Shown: positions 24,262 to 38,000, counted from the stretch's first letter. The stretch: 58,398 nt of DNA from Bigelowiella natans CCMP2755 (GCA_000320545.1 ADNK01001539.1:1-58398), one strand, 5' to 3'. The notes: generated by a model not told the origin, from the letters alone. Program-made: numbers and translations.

Positions 24262-25456
24262 TCAGCAATTGCATTGAACATTCTCACTGACTTCACTGCC
24301 CTGAGAGACATGGTCTCGAACAGGTACAGGCATCATCGCATGGACAATGACATCGATGACTTTCAAAAATGTGGCAATTGTGAGACAAACAAGTGCTGGG
24401 CCAAGATCATAATCAATTTCTTCGTCAGTGCCTGCGAATCTGTCTGGGAGATTGTCGCGACAATCCTGAATGTACGATGTGATTGCGGTGATTGTACCGA
24501 AGAAGCCTATGATGCCTAATGAGAGGGAAAAAATGTGGCGAATGTTCGTGATCAGAGTAATAGATCATGAATATCATAAATGGCACACCTGTAGCGATCC
24601 CAAAGAACTTCTGACAATTTAGATCTCCTTCAGGTGTGCTTCTTTGAATATCTTTGCAAAATAGTGTCACAATCACAGTGATGGTAGGTAGTTCTATCAC
24701 TGGAAGTGACCTGTCAAAAACTGGGGCACAGCAGTTATCAACGAAAGGAGAGCTGTCGAGTATGATGATTCTGACGCATCTCTAAAGATTCATAACACCA
24801 AAATTTTCAACTATAAAGGAGTTGAAGATTTTGCTTGATGATTGATTAAACCTGCATTTTTCGCAAGCATCTTGGTCAATGGTCACAGAACAGGTATTCG
24901 AGTCCCAATCAACACTCCGAATTTCTGCAAATTGATCCAACTGAATTGAATTAGTTTCACATGATGATAAATCAACTGAACATTCATCTTTCGTCTGGAC
25001 AACCAGACATTGCAAGGTCGAAATGGAACGAAAGCCTATTCTCCAACCTCGATTCCGCTGAGTGCTAACCAGAGCTTCCCTTCAGTGCCGTTGGCAGTCG
25101 CGTCTGCAGTGATCCATGCCGCGGACTTTCTCGGTTCTCTATCCTCGGAAATAGCCACAACAGGTATGGTCTGAAGAATGATGCCCGTGAACGATAAAAA
25201 TGCGGCAAAGAGCATGACCAAGCCACGGTGTTTCTGAAACGAACCAAAGTTTGATGCTGTTCAAATTGAGTCACTCAAGAACTAATTAGAGAGCCAGAGA
25301 GTGAGCATGTCATTCCTTGATTTCCCTTCCTCTGTTTTCCCGACAAACCTCGAGGCTGCGAATCCCGCACTTTCCCAAGGCAACGCAGCCAAAGTTGTCT
25401 TCCGTACATTTACGGCAGGCGGGGATCTTGCAGCACGGGGGATGGGGGGAGTACAT
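24262..25456 (-). CDS. Small four-TM, Cys-rich-loop membrane protein (claudin/tetraspan-like topology); multi-exon
   Basis: Exons: MLFAAFLSFTGIILQTIPVVAIS...KLWLALSGIE; WDSNTC...DACEKC; LPTITVIVTLFCKDIQRSTPEGDLNCQKFFG; IIGFFGTITAITSYIQDCRDNLP...YDLGPALVCLTIATFLKVIDVIVHAMMPVP...*. Start codon tentative. Confidence 0.65.
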
Positions 25457-27416
25457 AGGGAGTGTGGTAGTGGGGTTTCGAGAACAGCCCAACGATTGGG
25501 ATTTCTCAGCACAACTAGGCGCATTTTTAAAAAAAACAAGCACAAAATATGTTGAGTCTTGCTAAACGACCACAATTGAGTACTGCATGATTTTCTTACC
25601 GCATCCAAACATTGTCTGGATCCAGAAGTCGTTTTGAAAATGAAGGGGAAAACACGGTGAAATCCTGAAATCCGAAGTTGAATCGCAATGATTTTTAGTC
25701 AAATCGGTGCCTCTAGTTGCAGTGCAAAGATAGCGTTCAATTTTTTAGTTTCTCGGGTGAAAGAGCGTGTCGTTGGATTCGATTCCACGGTTTTCGCTCA
25801 ATTCCTCACAATGTGTGTGTTTCCGCAGACAACTGAAGAAGAAAAAAACTAGGAATCTTCGTTGTGATTTACAAAATGCGACAAGGTATTGGTTACGTCG
25901 TTCCTCTAATGGATTTCTTGAACCCTAGATTCGACCCATCTCACACCTCCATCATGGCAAGCGCAATGAAATTTTGGAAGAACATGGAATCGAAAGGCAA
26001 GTGCCCACAACATCATAAACTTCCTCTTTTGATAATTAAGAAGTATCTACTTCGCAGCCAAATCACCGAGCAGGAAAAAGAGCGACGGTAGATCGAGCAA
26101 TGATAGCAGTAGGGTGAGTAGTAGAAGCAGTAAGGACAAGGATGGCATTGTGAGAACAAAGGAAAGCCTACAGGTAAATTATATTATCTTTCGGAGCGGT
26201 AGTGCAAATGGGTTTTACATACATTTTCCCCATCATTATCAATCGTCTGTGAACATAATTTGCAAAACATGCACATGACACCCAGTGTTTAGGTCTGGAT
26301 GTGTCAGATGTCAGATGAGAGATGGGAGTAGTGCATTAGATTGTGTTTTTCTGTGCTCTATTCTTTACGTAATGCTACATTTATGACGTGACCATTTATG
26401 ACATAATGTCTACCACATGCCAAATGATCCCATCAAACCGAGGAAGGTGAAGAACGTAAGGAAAAATGAGAATTCAAAGCAAGATCACGTTGTCACGGTG
26501 ATTTCTTGAAAACATTCTGGGGATGAGTATACATTCTCCTTATTCGTAATAAATGTCATCGTTGAATTAGTGGAGCCAAAACACCAAATCAACCACAAAA
26601 TATTTTGATGCGATTGCGATTTCATCAAAATTTACAATTGTTAGGGAGAGAAGGTAGCACCGAAAACTTTGAACGAGGTACATGTGTCATTAGTTAATGT
26701 GCAAGTTGATTTTTGGTGCGAAATTGAGTCGGAAGGGTTTCGCTCGCATTTCAAACGAGGCAGAGGGGGGGGAGAGCCCCGAACGGCTGAAGTCCCATTT
26801 TTCGATTGCACTTTGAACTTCGCACTTCCCCCCCCCATCTTGGCGAACATTTTCATAGATATTTTGAGCTTAAGTTAGCTCTAATGTTCCAAATTCGATA
26901 TCAATATCAGGTCGCTGATCTAATTCGTAGGCGAATTTTGAAAATCTTGCCGAAAAAAAATACGACAAACCCGAATGCTAATTCCAGGAGACCGATACAA
27001 GCGTACTCAAATATCCCAAAAATTAAAAATATAAAATGGAATAGGATTTTATATATGCGACAATTGATATTACGATTTTGGCGAGGCAAAGGGATCCGAT
27101 TGTGTGCTTCCTTTTTGACGCAAATCATACCCCCATTCCTCATCGCCTTTCTCCGACAACTTGACCAGGCACCAAAGGCACCTAGTTTTCAATCGGAACC
27201 TATTTCCCAGCCTGCAAGGTTATAGGATTACTGAGCAGTATGATGAGTTTGGAACTACTTTCGCGCACCCCACCCCTTTCCCCCAATTCTTTTCGGCAAA
27301 TTTTACGACATTAATATGGGATTTCGACTTTGCACCCGTATACCCTGTGAGCTGGCAATGCTGTATCGTTCGTTTGCCATCTTTAAAGGTCTTCTTAAAC
27401 ATTTAGAGAAGGAAAA

Positions 27417-27566
27417 ATGGAGGCCGAAAAGAAAGCGAATATCAAGGAGGAGCCATTAACTTATATTCTCTTCGGGTCTACCGGGGTAAATTAAACCCAC
27501 TCACAATATTAATTGGTTATTAGAAATAGCGCGCGAGTGCGGGAGGGAGGGAGTGAGGGAGAGGGA

Positions 27567-27637
<71 letters not shown>

Positions 27638-28088
27638 ACTATGTGCACAAGCTGCATTATTTTGTCGTCTTATTCCATTATTCCCGAAGGATCTCGCTCG
27701 AAAGAAGCTTTTCCCTGCTCTTGGTGCACTCCTGTCCAAAAAGCTCATTCCCGAGCACGTGAACGTGCTTGCATGTGGTCGACGCGAGAAGAAGGTAACA
27801 TCCAGCTGTTCCCCGTCATTATCTTACATTGTGGCGTGCAAGTTAAGACAAGATTATATGAAATATCTTGACATGCAGACCGAGGAGGTATTGAAGAAGC
27901 AAGGTGTTAAGGTGCGAGCCATAAACTCATTAATATTTTCTCCTATTTTCGTTTTAATCCCAACTCCCACTCCCTCTCTCTCTCTCCCTCTGTCTCCCTC
28001 CCTCTCTCTCTCCCTCTCTCTCTCTCTCCCCCCCCTACTCAATCTTTTTATTTTCCTCCCCAAATGTGCTTGTTTACGCTCCAAATGA

Positions 28089-28143
<55 letters not shown>

Positions 28144-29435
28144 CGATCGAAGACGTTGTAGGCGACAGTCATTAGTGAGCTTCGCGTGCTATAATCGTGT
28201 TCCTACCTCTACATTCCTGTTCCTCGGATGCATTAGGTCTCCGAAGAAGGACAGAAGCTGCTATTCCCTAGAGTCACTTACATGAAGGTAAATGATCTGA
28301 CAGCCTTCCTCTCTCATCTCAGCTAGTATCTATCTTTCACCCTCTCCTTCTCACTTTCGAAGAGAATAATTTTTCGTCGCCCTCTCTTGCCCCCAACATT
28401 AGAATAAGACGGCAGACGACTACAAGGCCATGAATGCCGCCATTGAGGACTACGTCAAGAAACGGTCAACATTGCAGTGAATAAATGATAGATGCATAAA
28501 AGTCTCATTGATTGCGATTTTATTAACTATATATAATCTGGCACCAACATCAAAGATCCGCCACCATGACAAGTACACCTCGCTTCTAAGCTGCTGTTGT
28601 GATTCATTCTAGGGGCGGCGGCCCGGACAATCGTGTATTCTTCTTTTCCCTCCCCCCCTTCGCATATGCCTCCACTGCGGAAATGGTATTGCACACGCTA
28701 ATTGAGAGGGATCAGTAAAATTATACATTTGGAAATCCTTTATGCATTTTGACTCTGTACTTTGATCATTCCGATTCTTCCATATCCACCCCTCTACCAA
28801 GGTGAAGAAGTACTGTTACTCAAAGACTGGGTACACGAGACTCATCCTGGAGAAGCCATTCGGACGGTAAAGAAATTCAGGGGGAGAGTGTGTGAAGGAG
28901 AGTGCTTTGCTGGCTCCTCTTTGCGCTCTATTTGTCCCTCTTTCTCCCTCTATCTCTCCCTCCCATACATACCCACCCACACACACATCATAGAGGCATG
29001 TACATCTCAGAGCTAGCATTTACTGCTGTTTTTACTCACCCCTCCGTCCCATAGAGATAGCGATTCGTTCAAGAAGCTCGCTGCAGACACAGGCCAGTTC
29101 TTCAGGGAGAATGAGCTATACCGCATAGACCATTATTTGGGAAAGGAGGTATTGCTGGATGATGGTGATGATGGTGATGGCGTTGAAGCGAAGATACCCA
29201 ATGGCTTTCCATTTTATATTTATGATGGTGACGATGGTCTAACTGATCCAGTCTCCCGTGAAAACACGCGTATGTTGTAAGCGATGTGAGTGAATTGTGG
29301 ACAATACTCCGCAGTCTTCTTATATTGTGCTTATTTTGTAGGTCGTGCTGACGCTACTTCCTTTGCGATTTAGCAACCAGGTGGGGGACACTTAACAGAT
29401 AATCTGTCTATTCTCCTTTATCGCACACCGCACAC

Positions 29436-29466
<31 letters not shown>

Positions 29467-29515
29467 TTATTTTATAAAAAATGTGTGTGTGTGTGTGTGT
29501 GTGTGTGTATAGTAG

Positions 29516-29551
<36 letters not shown>

Positions 29552-29557
29552 GTATAG

Positions 29558-29596
<39 letters not shown>

Positions 29597-30184
29597 TGTT
29601 ATTTACAAAGTGAATACTGATCATTTAGACATGATAATGCTTGTGGGTTTTTTACGTTTTTCCAAAAATTTACAGATCTTTGAACCTCTGTGGAACAGGG
29701 ATCATGTACAGAGCGTTCACATCGAGTGGAAAGAGGTCCTAGGCGAGGGAGGGGACGTCTTAAATAATCGTTGGGAATGCAGCGCAAATGAGCCAACTTC
29801 CAAACGTTCATTTCCCCCCTTCCTCCTCCTCTTCTTTTCCTTCTTCTTCTTCTATTTCTAAAAACGGTAGGACCTAAACACGATGGGGCGTGGAGGGTAC
29901 TTCGACAAGTACGGCATCATTCGCGACATTATGCAAAACCATCTTTTGCAGGTCAATTGAAGCAAAAGAGGATCGGGGGGGCGGGGGGGGGAGGTCGCGA
30001 CTTTTATTTTATTTTTTTCATCAGTCGACGAGCGTAATAACCCCAACCAAAACCTGCCTACCGACTAGGTGCTCATCCTCGTTGGGATGGATAAGCCCAA
30101 ATCGCTCGCCAACGACGATGTCGCCGAGAAGAAGCTGGATCTGCTCAAGGCGGTGAAGGTGGTGATCACATACGTGTCATTGTC

Positions 30185-30216
<32 letters not shown>

Positions 30217-30310
30217 TGTCGTCGTCGTCGCTGTCGTCGTTAATATCGCAGCAATACGTAAGGAGAAGGAGAAAAGAAGATTAAAAAAACCTTTTTAACA
30301 CACTCACACT

Positions 30311-30341
<31 letters not shown>

Positions 30342-31013
30342 CTACCGTATTGTATGGAGTAATGAACATAGAGGTAACGTGTGCGAAGAGGGAGAGAGGG
30401 AGAGGGAAAGAGGGGGGTAATAATACGGTATTAAAAATTTTGTAAGAAGAGACGGCTTCATCATATCTGCAGACATTGGAGATGAAAGACACGATTCTAG
30501 GACAGTTCAGCGCGAAGAAGTACTGTAGCTACTGCAAGGAGACCGATAATCCAGGGTGTGCATAGCTCTCTTTCCCCCCCCCTCCCTCCCCTTCCCTCCC
30601 CTCTCTATCGCACTTTTTCTGTGTAAATGTGTGAGTGTGTAAGTATGCGGGATCAAGAATTGGAAATGTGAATGGGTATTAGTAAATGCTGCATGTGCGG
30701 ATGATGGAGGCCTTCCTCACTGCCGCCGCCGTCGTCTTAGAAATGACTCGGCGTCGTCTCTCGCCAGCGTCTGCCGCTCTCTTTTCGCGAATACACGAGA
30801 TCACCTATGTCTGTGTTGATGCAATCGATTGTTTGGTAGTTACCTGGATGACGAAACGGTGCCGAACGACTCGAAAGTCCCCACCTACGCCATGCTCAAG
30901 GTGCTGCAACTTGCAATATCAGAGCCATATTCGAGGAAGAGGAGGGGGGGGAAGGGGGGGTTGGAGGTTGTGAATCAACCGGTATAGATGCCCTCCTACC
31001 TATTATATCATGC

Positions 31014-31049
<36 letters not shown>

Positions 31050-31632
31050 ATGTTTAAATTTGTGTATGTGTATGTGTGTATGTGTGTCTGACATCTGTGT
31101 ATTTCACTATTGCATCAGCTCTCGATTGACAACGACCGATGGCGCGGCGTGCCCTTCCTCATGTCGGCCGGCAAGGCTCTGGATGAGCGGAAGTGCGAGG
31201 TGGGTAGTAGTAGTAGTAGTAGTAGTAGTAGATATCACCGTGCCCAAAACAATAGCTTCACGGTTCCAACGCAGGATTGAATCAATGGCGATATCCACGA
31301 CGACTAAGATACCTGAACTGCCCTTCTCCTTCTCCTCCTCCCCCTTCTCTCCCCCCCCCCTCCTCCCTTCTTTGTTCCCCGCCTCCATCAGGTCCGCATT
31401 CGTTTCAAACCAGATAAGAACCCCATCTTCGGCTCAGCTATGGAGTCCAACGAGCTCGTCATTCGCATCCAGCCAGGTTGTTCGACAAGAATAACGTGTG
31501 CGCTTCGAGGGGGAGAGGGGGGATGCTTAGATGGTCTGAGAGTGGTTGTCTGTTGCTATGTGTGGTTTTGTCGCCGATTTGTATCGTCTATCGTCTACTC
31601 TCCCCGAATATTCAATTGATGTTGATTCTGCC

Positions 31633-31672
<40 letters not shown>

Positions 31673-32042
31673 GTACTCTCACAAGTACTTCCCTCCTCTT
31701 CTTTACAGATGAGTCGATCTACTACCGAGTCAATCTGAAGAAGCCCGGACTAGATGTGAACCTTCTTCCAAGGGTGTTGGATCTGACCTACTCGAGCGCC
31801 TTCAAAGACGCGAGCAGCGGCGATGCATACGAACGTCAGTCGCATTCTTGAGGCCCAACATTCCCCCCCCCCCCCCTTCCACCATCTCTTGGCTAGCTAA
31901 CATATACAAAACGTTAAAAACCGAAGAACAGATAAGTTTGTGTGTGCGTGTGTTGTGGAAGCATTCTTATGCCCAGTGCGAGATTGTCGCTGGATGGTTT
32001 ATTAGAAATGTGTATATTATTTCCATCACGCGGTAAGTGTGC

Positions 32043-32104
<62 letters not shown>

Positions 32105-32322
32105 TACCAAGCCAAAAAAACATCTTGCTATAAATCTAATAGTTTCTAATCAAGAAAATCCGTTGAGCAGCGGTGAATTTGAGAGTAGAAGAAGTAGTAG
32201 TAGTAGTAGTAGTTGTAGCAGTAATAGTGCGACGGACACATGGACTTGCTCCGTAGGCCCTCTTCACTAAGCATTCCAAAGAAGGAAAGCTCGAGATGGA
32301 AAATGTAATGATGATGATATGT

Positions 32323-32391
<69 letters not shown>

Positions 32392-33234
32392 GAGAGCTGA
32401 TTTTAACCAATATCACGTCACCGTCATTATCATCGTCATCATTGTCATCATCACCGTCAATGTAGGTTATGATGTATTCATTCGACCCCCTCCCCCCCCT
32501 TCATATGGCATGCTATGGTGTGATTTTAATGTGTATCTAGGTGAAGACCCTGATAGCGGATTTCTACGACGGAAGAGAACCGACTGAGAAGATGCTTAAG
32601 AGCTTTCTGAAGGTGCTGGATGTATAGATAACCTCGTTACTGTTGTTCTGCCTGCTTTCCGACGTATTCAAGTGCGCCTTGTTGCAGACTTCACACATAT
32701 GTTGAGTTTTAACTTCAAAATGCCTCTTTTCGCTTCCTTTTTGTGGAGGCTGAAATACGAACTGAAACGCCGCTCTGAAGCACAAATTGTTGTCGCCTTT
32801 TTTTTGGCGTGAGATCAAACTGTTTCTTTTCTGATCGAATCTCTTCATTCTCCCCCATCCTTCTGCACAACACTTCTTCCTTTCTTTTTTATTTTTTAAC
32901 TTCCACTTTTTCTCCAGGCCTTTGATGGCGATAAAGACAACACGGTGACGTGGGATGAGTTCCAGCAAGGTGCGCACAAGTTTCTTCCGTGGACTGCAAC
33001 ACGACGGTACAGAGCTGCCCCCCCCCCCCCCCTCTCCCTATCCCTTCTCTACCCATTAAAACTGACTGAAATTAATCAAAGAAAAACCTTTTGCGAGAGG
33101 GGGGTTAAACCAAAATGCAAGGGGGAATTATGTTGATTTGTGGTGTTGAGGGGCTATGTTCTTCGTCTTTTTACAGTGCGTCGATCGGGACGGAAGACAT
33201 CTTTGGATTCAGAGTAGGGCCTCAAGAGCTGTAG
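27417..33234 (+). CDS. G6PD: Glucose-6-phosphate 1-dehydrogenase; many exons, apparently extended by a C-terminal EF-hand pair
   Basis: Spliced motifs: ILFGSTG|DLARKKLFPAL (27460-27720); YRIDHYLGKE (29119-29148); GRGGYFDKYGIIRDIMQNHLLQ (29886-29951); YLDDETVPNDSKVPTYA; IDNDRWRGVPFLMSAGKALDERK; NELVIRIQP|DESIY...KKPG...LDLTY...DAYER (to ~31835). Downstream exons 32257-32304, 32541-32612, 32918-33006 and 33177-33234 encode the EF-hand region. Confidence 0.93.
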
Positions 33235-33369
33235 GGATGACTCGCATGATAAAGATTGGCGCTCACAAATACCTTATTCGCTGCCATTTCACGTTGAGGC
33301 CAGTTTCTTTATGGGAAAGTATACGCATTGCATGCAGAAATTGATTTCTGCTATGAAGCCGGCCCATGT

Positions 33370-34430
33370 CTAGACATCGATATACTAATGCACAAGTGCA
33401 TATCGACGATGATTGTCTGGCTATTAATTTACGACGACGATGACTTTCAAGTTTTTGCATCGTGAGCGAAATACAGCATGTACGAACAGTTTCGTGTGGC
33501 CAAACATCATGTCTAGATGTCTGCGAAGATGCACAGAGCGCGAGCATAAATTGGCATCTTGCGCTTGCTGCTTGACTACAAATGGTTGTCTAGTTGTGCA
33601 GTGTCTGCTGCCTAGGCTGTGCCAGGACCACACATAGCTAGACAGGTGCGATGCAAAGGTGCACGTCCATTCATCTACTGCAGACACAGCTAGACAGTGC
33701 AGTCTGGTAGTGCTAGAGTGTAGCTAGCTAGCTAGCAGCACTAGCAGTGGGATGGCATCATGCAATTTTCACAAACATGCTAGCATGTCAATGATGAGCG
33801 CGCTAGCTAGCTAGTTAGCTAGCACGCCCAACTCCAGAACTAGCAAGACCTAGCAGACGTTCAAGCGCACATGCGCAATGCTAGCTAGCTAGGATGCATG
33901 CATCAATCTAGCAATCTAGCAACTAGAGCAATGCAGTCGCACTTCTCTGGCTTCTAGCTAGCTCTAGAGCTAGACTTCCAAGCTTTGCAACTTTGGCCAC
34001 TCTAGCACTCTAGAACTGTCCAGCTAGCCTGTTGCACACCGACGATGCTGGACATCGAGATCAGGCACGTGCATCTAGACATGCGGATCTCCCACACACA
34101 CCTCTAAACGCTAGCTAGCTAGCTAGACACCTCTAGACCTGCTAGCCTGCTACTAGGCTACATTGGTCCACTCAGTTCTCTAGTTATCAGAGTTTGACAT
34201 GACATGGTGTAGCTCGGCAAACAAGACAAACTGGACAAAATGTTTGGGCATGCTAGCATGTCATGTTTCATGTCTGTGCAAGTCTGAGAGGTATCTGGCT
34301 AGCTAGATAGCTGGGTGTGTGCTGTCAACTATGAGAGCAAATCAGACGCAACACGATCTAGCGATCATGATTGATCTTCGTTTATTTTTTGGATTCACTG
34401 GCGATGTTAATGTTCATTGTCATGATCTAA
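33370..34430. other. CTAG-saturated, otherwise TpA-poor intergenic island
   Basis: About 35 CTAG counted in 33661-34200; nearly all other TAs there are CTA- or -TAG half-sites. Lies between the convergent 3' ends of G6PD and DOCK. Confidence 0.9.
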
Positions 34431-34438
34431 CTTTTTCA

Positions 34439-34948
34439 TCATGCAAAATCACTCATGGTAGAACTGAACAATCTGACGTCGACATCGTCGCTCATTCTCA
34501 CTCTCTTACTTTTTCCACGCTCTAAACGCTTGTCATTATCAACAATGTGGGGTTTCATCATTTTAGTCATTGTTTCAAAGGATTTTACAAGATGTTCCAG
34601 GAAAGGATCTTCTTTACCGTCCTCCGAAGTAGCCGTTTGCTTTGTCATTTTGTCTAATCCCTTTTGGCATGCTCGCAAAAACTGTCGAAGTGTCCTCTTC
34701 AATGCATTTAGTCGTTTACTGCCGTATTTTTTGAGGTGCTCAGCCTCTTTGTCTGCTAGGAAAGCTTGACAAATTTCTATCGCTCCTGAACATATTTAAA
34801 GCTATGATCATTGTTGATAACGACCTCATAGGATTTCGTACAGTTTTGTGTCATACGTATCACCTACACTGCCCCTGAATACTTTTTAGTTTTGGAAACT
34901 CTCTATTAGAGTGTCAATTGTCGTTGACTATTACATTATTCTCTCTCC

Positions 34949-35000
<52 letters not shown>

Positions 35001-38000
35001 CTCCCATATTCCAATTTGGTTACCTCCATTGACTTGTGTTGCCACGCTTCCTTGAAGCACGGCAGATAAGGCCTTGATAGACACTGGCTTGTTGTTTAAT
35101 ACCTTCATTGTTTTTTCTGTGCGCTTATTCACATCCTCAATTGCACTTTCCAGTGGTGAAAGAATGATGTAAGTCTTCCTTACGATAAGTTGGGTTGTTT
35201 GACAACATGGAAACGCGGTTTCCACATGAACAATCGTTTTTCTTTTACATTGTTCTGTAACGTCTCCTCGTGCTTTCCCTTCAGCAGTGAATGGAGTCGA
35301 GAACACGAATGATTTTATGTTCGTGTTTCTCTCGATAAAACCAGTTCGCGATTTTGGATTGGCGAAATGAGGATGCAGATATGTTATTTGTAGGAAGTTT
35401 TTCGAGTCATCAATGGTCGAAATATCTACCTCTCGAGAATCTGCAATTATTTCTACCTCTTCCTTTAGTAAGTCGGAATAGATTGTCCTCATCTCGCCCA
35501 CAATTTCCACGAGATGGGTGACTAGTGGCTTCTTATAAACAAATTCTTTTCCATCTCTGTCTCCAAATGATTTCCCATAGAATCCAACTCTGAAGTATGT
35601 ACCCAACAGCCGATCATTCTTTTGCTCGCTGACGTCAAGTTCTGTGAAAATCTTGTGTAAATGGGCGTGAGCTGAAGCCAACTCATTCCAGTTCTTTCGT
35701 TTCTCTAACATTGGGATTAATTTCGCATAGGCACGGTTGCATTCTTCATACAATCTTGCATTATCGAGCATCTCGCAGGCCTCACCATAGCAACTCCGAA
35801 TTCGAAGTTCCAAGCTAACTGAGCTTTGGGGCAGTTTTGTTGGATTCGCGCGAAGCTTGGTTTCATAGAGATCAGCCATAGTTAGATAACAGTAGCCAGC
35901 TTCCGCATAATTTTTATGATGCCTTTGAAACTCTGCCAGTCGTTTTAAATGTTCAATTTGGATGTCGGGAATGTGAACGAAAGCTCCTGCGATGCTCATA
36001 ATGAGATGCTCGATTGTTGTAGCATCACAATGTGGAGATAGTGCTTCCTGCTTTCGGATATCTATTGATCCTTGCAGAATGGTTCCCATGCGTTTAGTTA
36101 GCAGATCGAAGTCTTTTGCAAAATTTGCCCATTTTGATTTTGCATCTTGGGAGAAATTATACACCGACAAAAGATTAAGGATGAAACTCGGGCTTGCAGG
36201 CCTTTCCTTTGATGCTCCTTTCTTAGCTGAAATATTTGACTCGTCTTCTTCATGGTATGTTGGAAGAAGGTCTAGTATCCGCTGAACCAATTCCTCTTCC
36301 TCACTTGTATGAAGTTTAGCAACCAACTTTGACATGGAGACGGTGAGTGCAATTTGCATACGGTCAATATTCGAGGTTGCTTTAAAGTTTGCTTTTAGCA
36401 ATGCGTAAACTGCTGATATTGAGCCAGTGCACAAATCATCTGATTGCCACTTGCATAGTGTGAGAATTGCGAGGGTTAGGCTTCCAATCTGGTCCTTAAA
36501 ATGATCGAGTTGGAATAGGGAGACTCCGTACTCTGCGATGAACAAATGCAAGATGTGTAGAACCGAGATCCACATCTCAGTTGTTTGGTGGGTCGATAAC
36601 ATAGACGTGATCAACGATATCACTGAGGAGCACAAATTCACGGATTCTTGTTGAGGGTGTATTAGTTTTGGGGCGTACTCCAGCAAATCCCTTAGAGTGA
36701 GTAGCACGATTCTACTAACAATCACACTCATCCCGGACTCTAGTCTCATAACCGATAGCAGATATTCTCGACTAGATGTGGTCAGAGTGTTGCTACGAGC
36801 TCCCCGCTTCCTCGCTGATCTGTTAAATCGAGCCCTAAATTCCCGAAGCGATACTTTGCGATTAGCCTTTTGCGTGTAAAGGTTTTCGACATCTTTCTTT
36901 AGGGCAATTATGGAATCAGGTTGTTCTTCTCCTTCAATCTCGCTGACGGTGCTGGCAGAAAGAATGCAGTCAAATGTTGCCTCTCGTTTTCGTTTCAATA
37001 ACGAAGGGTATTCGAAAGCTTGTATCGCATCCTGGAGCACTGATACAAAGTCAGAGAGATAGTCTGGATCTTCTTTACTCCACCACAACATCCGTATGTT
37101 GCTGTCTAAACCTTTTATCAATCATAACATCATAAGAGAATCATCATCGCTAGATCAATGAACTGAACTTATACCTTTAAGAATCCACAAGGCACACGCA
37201 AGTATATTTCGTAAATGACGGGTCTTTCCTTGGGTTGAAATGGAAATAGAATGTAGTTGAGGCACTTTGGTCACATTCTCTATTATTACCTACACACAGC
37301 AACACAGCAACACAGCAACACGATTTCAGGGAGGCAAGGCGATCTTATTTGAGACGCGGAACCTCTAGAAGCGGAGCGAACATTGTTGAAATCTGGGATC
37401 TTGTCTCCGGATCTTGATACCGCGAGTCGTAATCAATTTTCTCCATGAATCCTTGCAGCAAAGCCACTATCTTTTCTTGTACCGTCCTCTCCTCACTAGT
37501 GAGATGCGTCCTTGAGAATTCGATTAGAAAATTGAGAAAGGGATTTGCTTCCGCAATTGTGGTTAGAATATCATCGTTGGAAGATTTGGCCTCATTCCAC
37601 TTCTTCGATGTGCGACTTGGATTGATAATCTTCAAGGTATTCTTATTGTCAATAAGGACAATATGTAGAAAGTCGGCTTTCAAATCTACGAGCACCTGTT
37701 TGTCGAATTCAATCGTCAGCGGGTGCAAATCAAAATAATTGGAGATTGTACCGCATCCATGGTATCCACAGAGTCCATGTTGCTAACTTTTGGATCAATG
37801 AACCTCCCTATTAACTCGATTACCTAATACATCCCAATATAAGATACACTTTTAAATCCTTTTCAAAATTACCTTTCCATGGTCAACGATGTCAAAGAGT
37901 TTTACTAGGAACTTCGCGAAGGAATTAATAATGTTCTGTAGCAAGAATCTACCGACAGTTCGATGGGACTTTGCCACTTTCCGAATTTCGTTCACAAGCT

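Larger units (their letters stand above)
22826..24323. other. TpA-void island containing retroelement 3'-end fragments
   Basis: Manual scan finds 7 TA in ~1.5 kb (6 CTAG, 1 CTAC); CpG is common. Confidence 0.92.

Noticed and set aside
25953-26330. Possible small plus-strand gene (MASAMKFWKNMESK|AKSPSRKK...)
   Set aside because: Plausible splice sites, but no homology and not in phase with the G6PD start; unsupported.
26590-27350. AT-rich stretch with an imperfect hairpin (ttttgatg...catcaaaa), MITE-like texture
   Set aside because: No paired terminal inverted repeats or TSD identified.
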